Below, piece by piece: positions 4,762 to 10,196 of a DNA stretch of 10,196 bases. The notes beneath the pieces are model-generated. The model had not been told where the DNA came from, searched no databases, and worked only from the letters and a program-made list of their open reading frames with translations. How positions within the stretch are numbered: the first letter of the stretch is position 1; each line of letters begins with the position of its first letter. The DNA lies in IMG/VR virus record IMGVR_UViG_2974801466_000001, positions 1 to 10,196 of that record, one strand, 5' to 3'. Made by a program: the position numbers and the translations under genes. Origin of the DNA: Haloferacalesvirus Serpecor1 (Duplodnaviria; Heunggongvirae; Uroviricota; Caudoviricetes; Thumleimavirales; Hafunaviridae).

Positions 4762-6201
4762 ATGACTGAAGGAAATTTTGTTGACCCTCCGAGCGAGGGC
4801 GAGCGGTTGGACTTCGCCGCCGAGACTCCGAAAGGGGCTATCAAGGAGAGCGGGCAGGGAGGAAGCGGTCGTTTCTCCGGCCCCCGTTCGTCTGAGGCTC
4901 CGAAGTCCGAGATTCAAAAGAATCGGGACATAGTTCGTACAGACCCCCACGTTCACGAGGGGCTTTACACACTCATCGACTGGCTTTGTGGTGACGGATT
5001 CAATCTGTCTCCCCGGAACGTCCCCGGAACGGGGATGGAGCAGACCGAGGAAGACATTGCGCCAATCGCGCTCCTTCTCCACAACTCTGAGTTTTGGCGT
5101 GTGTTCAACCAATGGGTTGAGTACGCGGCTCAGGACGGTCACTCGTTCATGGAGCTGGTCGTTCAGGACGAGCAGTTCCGGCCACGTCTTCTCCCGACCG
5201 AGCGGATGCACAAGAAGACGGACGAGTACGGCTTCGTAACGCAGTACGCTCTGGAACCGCCGGGCGGTGGTGGGCCGGACGACGACGCGGCGACGAAGTA
5301 TAAGCCGCACGAGGTCGCTGAGCTTTGGTTCACGAAAGACCCGACCGAGGATTTCGGGCGGTCGTTCGTTGAGCCGATTCAGGAACAGGCGGATATGCTC
5401 CGCGACATGGAGTTCGACTACGCCCGGTTCGTTGCGACGAAGGCGTACCCGCCGGTTCTCTGGAAGCTCGGGACTGAGGAGGAGCAATGGTCGGAAGACC
5501 AGATTGGCGGCTGGCTGGACACCGTGGAGCAGATTGAGCCGGACTCGATGCTGGCGGCTCCCCACGATGTTGAGTCCGAGGTCGTCGGCGTGACTTCTAC
5601 TTCATCGACGGCGGGCGCTATGAAGCTGGAAGGCACGTTCGAGCATCTTCAGAACCGTATCGTTACGGGCCTCGGTATTCCGGCGCTCCTGATGAACATG
5701 GACGGTTCGACCGGCGAAGCAACCGCCTCGATGCCGTCGTTCAAGCGGCGTATCAAGCGGCTTCAGAACATCATCAAGTCGGCTGTTGAGAATCAGATTC
5801 TCAAGTCGCTGATGGTTGAATCGTCGCTGGACGAGTTTGACGGTGTGGTTCCCGAGTTTGAGTTCGGTGAACACTCGTCGGCTGAGAAGCGCCTTGAGAT
5901 TGATAAGCTCATCAAGCTCTATCAGTCCGGGTTCCTCACTCGTGAAGCGTTCGCGGAGCGGGCAGGCATCGACCCCGAGGTTGAACTGCCGTCCCCCGAC
6001 GAGCTTTCAAGCGAGATTATTCCTCTGATTACGGAACTCGCCGGGCGTGGCGACAGGGTTCAGAACCCTGATGGTGGGCGTCCGACTGACACCGGGACTG
6101 GTGTAGAGTCGGCGGGCGGGGAGGTCAAGTCCCGAGAGTCGGGACGAGACAGCTCAAACGAGCGTAATCGTCAGTCCATCACGGAGGATGAAAACGCCTA
6201 A
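4762..6201 (+). CDS. Portal protein, 479 aa
   Basis: Position after terL, size, portal-like segments (RLLPTERM, FGRS, IVTGLGIP, RRIKRLQNII), and a disordered acidic C-terminus. Confidence 0.88.
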   Translation: MTEGNFVDPPSEGERLDFAAETPKGAIKESGQGGSGRFSGPRSSEAPKSEIQKNRDIVRTDPHVHEGLYTLIDWLCGDGFNLSPRNVPGTGMEQTEEDIAPIALLLHNSEFWRVFNQWVEYAAQDGHSFMELVVQDEQFRPRLLPTERMHKKTDEYGFVTQYALEPPGGGGPDDDAATKYKPHEVAELWFTKDPTEDFGRSFVEPIQEQADMLRDMEFDYARFVATKAYPPVLWKLGTEEEQWSEDQIGGWLDTVEQIEPDSMLAAPHDVESEVVGVTSTSSTAGAMKLEGTFEHLQNRIVTGLGIPALLMNMDGSTGEATASMPSFKRRIKRLQNIIKSAVENQILKSLMVESSLDEFDGVVPEFEFGEHSSAEKRLEIDKLIKLYQSGFLTREAFAERAGIDPEVELPSPDELSSEIIPLITELAGRGDRVQNPDGGRPTDTGTGVESAGGEVKSRESGRDSSNERNRQSITEDENA

Positions 6202-6491
6202 TGCCCATTGACGAACCTGATGGGGACTCTGACTCTGAGGTGAAACTCCTTAAGAGTATTCTAAGTGAGATACAAGACCTAAACTCACAGCTCGCCCGCA
6301 CAGACGAGCGTTCTCGAAATAACCGCGACCAAGTTGAAGACCTGAGGGACAATCGAATTGTTCCCCTTGAGGGTCAGGTTGCGACGAACGACAATCGTAG
6401 TCGCAGGAACGCGCTAATTATTGGCGGGTTCGTGACGGCGCTGACGCTTCTCGTCGGCGCGGGAGCTACGTATCTCTTTACTCTGATATGA
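6201..6491 (+). CDS. Coiled-coil protein with C-terminal transmembrane anchor, 96 aa
   Basis: Coupled to both neighbours (TAATG at 6199-6203, ATGA at 6488-6491). Heptad-like central region. RSRRN is followed by an uncharged 26-aa C-terminus, ALIIGGFVTALTLLVGAGATYLFTLI. Confidence 0.85.
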   Translation: MPIDEPDGDSDSEVKLLKSILSEIQDLNSQLARTDERSRNNRDQVEDLRDNRIVPLEGQVATNDNRSRRNALIIGGFVTALTLLVGAGATYLFTLI

Positions 6492-7255
6492 GTCTCAATC
6501 TAAAAGAAATCGAATTTTCTACGAGTACCGATACCCCGCCGGACGACGACGGCGGCCCCACGCCGGTTAGTTCCGACGCTCAGCTTGAATTTACTGCCGG
6601 GCGTCACTACCCTGAGTCCGTTGACCTCGATGGTTTCAACGAGTACGGGGTGCGTGAGAACCGCGACGATGATGGCGAGCTTCGGTCGGTTGACGTTGTG
6701 TACGAAGCAATGGAACCCGGCCCGCCTGAGGAACGCAACGGAGTCCGAATTACGGAGAACTTCTTGCGGAAGGTCGCGGCGAAGGACTACTCGGGACAGG
6801 AGCCGTATATGCTCGGCCACTCCGACCGTCCTCTGGACGAGATTGGTAAAGTCCAGAAGGTGTGGTTCGAGGAGTCGGTCGGGAAGCTGATGCTGATGAA
6901 TCGGGTGTTCAACACGGGCGCTCCGACCCACGACGAAGTGGTGAAGCGCCTGACGTACACCCCGCCGACGATGACCGATGGTTCGGTCGGGTTCGGTAAT
7001 CAGTACGAAGCCGTGGTGAACGACGACGGAGAGGCTGAACTCATCGACGGGGAGATTCGAGAGTTTAGTACCGTCCCGTTCCCCGGCGGGTACGACGAAG
7101 GTGGCCTCGGTCTTCCGACCACCGCCTTCGCAGAACACATCATGGAGCAGGCAAACGCCGCTGTCGATGATGAGGACGAAGCCAACCCCCTCGATGTGGG
7201 GGAGTCCTCGGAGAACTCGGCCTTCTCTGCTCACACGGAGACTATCTCCTTCTAA
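6488..7255 (+). CDS. Prohead (capsid maturation) protease, 255 aa
   Basis: HK97/T4/herpes-clan motifs: MLGH(S) catalytic His, DGSVGF catalytic Ser, and EFSTVPFP (E.S.V..P). Lies between portal and capsid genes. Confidence 0.85.
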   Translation: MSLNLKEIEFSTSTDTPPDDDGGPTPVSSDAQLEFTAGRHYPESVDLDGFNEYGVRENRDDDGELRSVDVVYEAMEPGPPEERNGVRITENFLRKVAAKDYSGQEPYMLGHSDRPLDEIGKVQKVWFEESVGKLMLMNRVFNTGAPTHDEVVKRLTYTPPTMTDGSVGFGNQYEAVVNDDGEAELIDGEIREFSTVPFPGGYDEGGLGLPTTAFAEHIMEQANAAVDDEDEANPLDVGESSENSAFSAHTETISF

Positions 7256-7261
7256 CTAACT

Positions 7262-7690
7262 ATGGATTTCCAGAAGGTTACTTTTGACACCGACCTCGAT
7301 GAGATGGAGGCTGACGACCTTACCGACCTCGTTCGTCAGTTCTCTGAGGCACAGGAACAGAATATTGCGGAGTTCGAGCAGGCCAGCGAGACTATCGAAG
7401 GTCTTGAGGGTCGCGTCTCGGAGGTTCAGGATTTCGATGCTGAGCTGACCGAGGAGCTTGTCGAGTCCTCGCCTCTTGGTGAGGATGAGCTGGCGAACTT
7501 CTCTATCTCGCGGAAGCGCGAGCTTCTTGCTGAGTTCGCTGAGGCGAATGAGGAAGACGAGGAGGAGGAAGACGAGGACGAGGAGGCCGAGTTCTCTGAC
7601 ATGGGCCAGCGCGGTGAGACGCACGACGAGGAGGCGGAGGCTGACTTCGCCAAGCAGTATCTCGGTGACATTCCGGGCCTCGGATTCTGA
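7262..7690 (+). CDS. Probable capsid scaffolding protein, 142 aa, very acidic and helical
   Basis: Follows the protease. Heptad-rich, with an EEDEEEEDEDEE run and a short conserved-looking C-terminus (YLGDIPGLGF). Confidence 0.7.
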   Translation: MDFQKVTFDTDLDEMEADDLTDLVRQFSEAQEQNIAEFEQASETIEGLEGRVSEVQDFDAELTEELVESSPLGEDELANFSISRKRELLAEFAEANEEDEEEEDEDEEAEFSDMGQRGETHDEEAEADFAKQYLGDIPGLGF

Positions 7691-7713
7691 ACAAACACAA
7701 CTTCTAATCTAAC

Positions 7714-8229
7714 ATGACTAACTTCAAGTTCGCTAAGTTCAAGGACACGCCGCTGAACCGCGACGGTGAAACTCTGAACCCCGACGCCAACCTTCCGCTT
7801 CTGGAAGGCGACGTTGTGGGTCTTTCTCAGGACGTTGATGGGAACACCATCGTCGTCCCCGCCGACGCTGACTCGGCAAACGCACAGCCCGCTATCGGCG
7901 TTCTCATGGAGGACGTGTACGACCGCTCGCATTGGTCGGCCACGCTCCACGACAACGGTACGATGGGTCGCCGCCTCGATGAAGCCTACGACACGGAGCG
8001 CACGCAGGCTGGCGACGAGGTGACGTACTTCACCCACGGTATCTACCTCGAAGACGAGGACGGTGAGGTTGACTTCGCCCCGAACGAGCCGGTCTATCTC
8101 GGCGTCGGCGGCGGCGTCACGCAGACCGCGCCTTCGGCTTCGGGTGAGCTGGTTCAGTACCTCGGGGTCGCCGTCAACGCGACGACGTTCCTGCTGGACG
8201 TGAACCACGAGTACGAGACGCTGGCTTAG
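7714..8229 (+). CDS. Capsid decoration/cement protein, 171 aa
   Basis: Directly upstream of the MCP. The PAIGVLMED...GDEV...G...VYLG..GGVTQTAP...VQYLGVAV pattern is typical of trimeric beta-tulip-type head decoration proteins. Confidence 0.7.
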   Translation: MTNFKFAKFKDTPLNRDGETLNPDANLPLLEGDVVGLSQDVDGNTIVVPADADSANAQPAIGVLMEDVYDRSHWSATLHDNGTMGRRLDEAYDTERTQAGDEVTYFTHGIYLEDEDGEVDFAPNEPVYLGVGGGVTQTAPSASGELVQYLGVAVNATTFLLDVNHEYETLA

Positions 8230-8270
8230 ATTACCAGTCTAAAGACTTAATCTCTAATTTCTAACTCTTT

Positions 8271-9227
8271 ATGGTTAACCGCGAAATCTTCACTAAGGAC
8301 GATGTGCCGCTTGTCGAGATTGCTGAGAAGACTCAGAATCTCGTCAACTACTTCAATGAGGCCGACCGCCCCTTCCGCGACCTGTTCGTTGAGCAGGTTG
8401 ACCAGCAGACTTTCCTTCAGGAAATCGAGGCTGAGCCGGGCGAGTGGGAAAAGCTGAGCGAGGGCGAGTTCCCCGGAACGACCCGCGCTGACGACGACGA
8501 CTACCTCCAGATGACCATTCGCACGAGCGAATACGGGAAGTCGCTCGGGTTCACTCAGCGGTTCCTCGAAAAGTCCACCTCCGACCACGTTATGAAGCAG
8601 GTTCGTAACGTCTTGGAGGAGGGCAAGGAGACGGAAGACCGCATCATTCACGATGTGATTTTCAACGGCATCGCTGACGGTAGCGAGCCGGTCTGGTTCG
8701 ACGTTCCCGACCACGGCAACTACGGCTTCGACCGCACGCACTCCCACGTCTTCTCGGACACGGCAGAGCTGTTCGATGACAGTACGGCGCACCGTGCGTC
8801 GGAACACATCGAGTATGCGGCTGACGAACTGCGTCACCACGGCTGGAACGGGCAGAAGGTCGCCCTCATGTCCATCGACCTCAAGCGCAAGCTCCGCAAC
8901 GAGCTTTCGTGGGACATGGACTACCACATCCCGATGGCGACCGGGATGCGCTCGCAGGACGTTCGTGAGCAGACGTTCAGCATCGACGGTGTTGAGCTGA
9001 TGACCACGCCGTACCTCCGTGGCGACGAGTTCTACGTTATCGGTGTCGGTGAGAATCCTGTCAAGGAATACATCGACCGCCCGATGCAGATTACCCGCCC
9101 CACGGGTGGCCCCGCGACGGAGCCGGGTGAGATTATCAACGCCAGCGGCACGATGTCGTTCGGCGTCTCGATGACGAACCCGCTCGCCGCCGTCCACTTC
9201 AAGGGCGACGACGTGAACTACTCGTAA
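8271..9227 (+). CDS. Major capsid protein (HK97 fold), 318 aa
   Basis: Position and size. E-loop-like WEKLSEGEFP followed by YGKSLGFTQRFLE. Strong codon bias. Followed by a T-rich terminator. Confidence 0.88.
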   Translation: MVNREIFTKDDVPLVEIAEKTQNLVNYFNEADRPFRDLFVEQVDQQTFLQEIEAEPGEWEKLSEGEFPGTTRADDDDYLQMTIRTSEYGKSLGFTQRFLEKSTSDHVMKQVRNVLEEGKETEDRIIHDVIFNGIADGSEPVWFDVPDHGNYGFDRTHSHVFSDTAELFDDSTAHRASEHIEYAADELRHHGWNGQKVALMSIDLKRKLRNELSWDMDYHIPMATGMRSQDVREQTFSIDGVELMTTPYLRGDEFYVIGVGENPVKEYIDRPMQITRPTGGPATEPGEIINASGTMSFGVSMTNPLAAVHFKGDDVNYS

Positions 9228-9251
9228 ACGGACTGGTAGTTCGAGTTCGAC

Positions 9252-9262
9252 TTTTCTTTTTT
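9252..9262 (+). terminator. Oligo-T archaeal terminator/attenuator after the MCP gene
   Basis: TTTTCTTTTTT 24 nt after the MCP stop. This would let MCP be expressed above downstream genes. Confidence 0.6.
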
Positions 9263-9272
9263 CGTACTTTCT

Positions 9273-9713
9273 ATGGCAACTGACGATACAACACTCAAAA
9301 CTGAAGTCCGGGCGTTCACCGGCATCGAGGTTTCTCGAATCTCCGACGAGGAGATGGATGCTGTCCTCTCGGACGCTAAGCGACACATCCAGCTACGCAC
9401 TTCTCTCCGAGACGAGGAAGTGGATTGGTATGGCGACCCGGCGCAGGAGGAAGCCCTCAATTGGGCGACCAAACTTTTCCTCAAGGTTGCCGCAGGCGAA
9501 CTCGATGCTCAGACCGTTCAGGTAGGTGCGATTGACAACAAGGCCCTTCTCGCCAAGCGGAACAACGAGACGACCGTTTGGTATCGGAATATGGAGAACG
9601 CGATTCGGCGGATTACCAAGCCGGTCGCGTCCTTCGGTCACGTCAACGTCTCCCGCGACGACCGGGAGTACGGCGGCGACGATTCCGACGAAAACGAAGG
9701 CATCTCTCTCTGA
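9273..9713 (+). CDS. Probable head-tail adaptor/connector protein, 146 aa
   Basis: First gene after the MCP. Helical pattern ISDEEMDAVLSDAKRHI...EEALNWATKLFL, as in gp6/gp15-like adaptors. Confidence 0.6.
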   Translation: MATDDTTLKTEVRAFTGIEVSRISDEEMDAVLSDAKRHIQLRTSLRDEEVDWYGDPAQEEALNWATKLFLKVAAGELDAQTVQVGAIDNKALLAKRNNETTVWYRNMENAIRRITKPVASFGHVNVSRDDREYGGDDSDENEGISL

Positions 9714-9715
9714 TT

Positions 9716-10051
9716 ATGCGACGGCAAGCTCACGCGGCTATTGACCGTCTCGGCAAGGACGTTCAGGTTCTTATCGAGGCGAAGACTGGGACGGACGAGT
9801 TCAATAATCCCGAGTATCAATGGGTTCAGTCCCACACCACTCGATGCGTTAGAACATATCCGAACCGAAACACGGAGCTGAACAACCGTGGTGGCCCCCG
9901 GAAGCGCGACCACCCCGTGTTCTTGTTCGGTCGGGACGACGCACCGCCGTCTAACTCTCGGCTTCGGTACGATGGGGTTCTCTACGAGCTTGAGTCCCCG
10001 ACCGTGTACGACACGCACGTTGCGATTTTCGGCAAGAAGGTTACTGAGTAA
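9716..10051 (+). CDS. Probable head closure (stopper) protein, 111 aa (start at ATG 9716, MRRQAHAAIDRLGKDV...)
   Basis: G..V.......GTDEFNNP and RLRYDGVLYEL patterns resemble SPP1 gp16-like proteins. The track start at 9578 overlaps the previous gene and is unlikely. Confidence 0.6.
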   Translation: MRRQAHAAIDRLGKDVQVLIEAKTGTDEFNNPEYQWVQSHTTRCVRTYPNRNTELNNRGGPRKRDHPVFLFGRDDAPPSNSRLRYDGVLYELESPTVYDTHVAIFGKKVTE

Positions 10052-10053
10052 CA

Positions 10054-10196
10054 ATGGGTAGGGTAAAGGTTCGAGTCAAAGGCCACAAGCGTACCATCCG
10101 AAACATCAAGAGCGACTTGAAGAAGGGGATGAACAAGTCGGCCAATTCAATCGCGGAGTCGGGCCGCGACAAAGCCCTCGAAATCATCAATCGGGA
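10054..10196 (+). CDS. Partial CDS, probable tail-completion/neck (HK97 gp10-like) protein; runs off the window
   Basis: ATG 2 nt after the previous stop. MGRVKVRVKGHKRTIRNIKSDLKKGMNKSANSIAESGRDKALEIINR..., open to the window end. Beta-start plus amphipathic helix, in the expected position. Confidence 0.55.
   Translation, partial: MGRVKVRVKGHKRTIRNIKSDLKKGMNKSANSIAESGRDKALEIINR

Noticed and set aside
7262-8330. (I/L)xE or AEF motifs as protease cleavage sites in scaffold and MCP
   Set aside because: Glu is so abundant that such triplets are expected by chance. This needs N-terminal sequencing data.
3056-9227. Inteins, introns or homing endonucleases in terL, portal or MCP
   Set aside because: Frames are continuous and of normal length, with no intein splice-junction or LAGLIDADG/HNH motifs seen.
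3605-9386. Long antisense ORFs (3605-4675, 4744-5565, 6500-7234, 7426-8208, 8247-9386)
   Set aside because: Expected mirror frames of GAC/GAG-rich haloarchaeal coding sequence, giving Val/Leu/Arg/His-rich translations with no motifs.

Overview
This window reads as the left end of a linear tailed (Caudoviricetes) haloarchaeal virus genome. The acidic proteins, apparent lack of GATC/CTAG, tRNA-Pro(UGG) and gene order fit an HF1/HF2-like halovirus (Hafunaviridae) best; that assignment is from memory and not a search. Layout: (i) ~1-290, a G-rich and almost T-free repeat region, probably the terminal direct repeat, with G-quadruplex-type tracts; (ii) a leftward HalOD1-domain gene with its own promoter(s) and a 360-bp divergent control region; (iii) a rightward packaging/head operon: terS, five small ORFs (one a CPxCG zinc-finger micro-protein), tRNA-Pro, terL, portal, a small coiled-coil membrane protein, prohead protease, acidic scaffold, capsid decoration protein, major capsid protein, head-tail adaptor, head closure protein and the start of a probable tail-completion gene. 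The core module is conventional, and I see no clear-cut new multi-gene system. The best leads are non-coding or regulatory: a 25-bp motif repeated before two late genes, a TAGGAG site array around the HalOD1 promoter, terminal G4/iteron-like repeats, a tRNA wedged into the late transcript with an atypical A1-U72 pair, and an in-frame protease-stop-scaffold junction.
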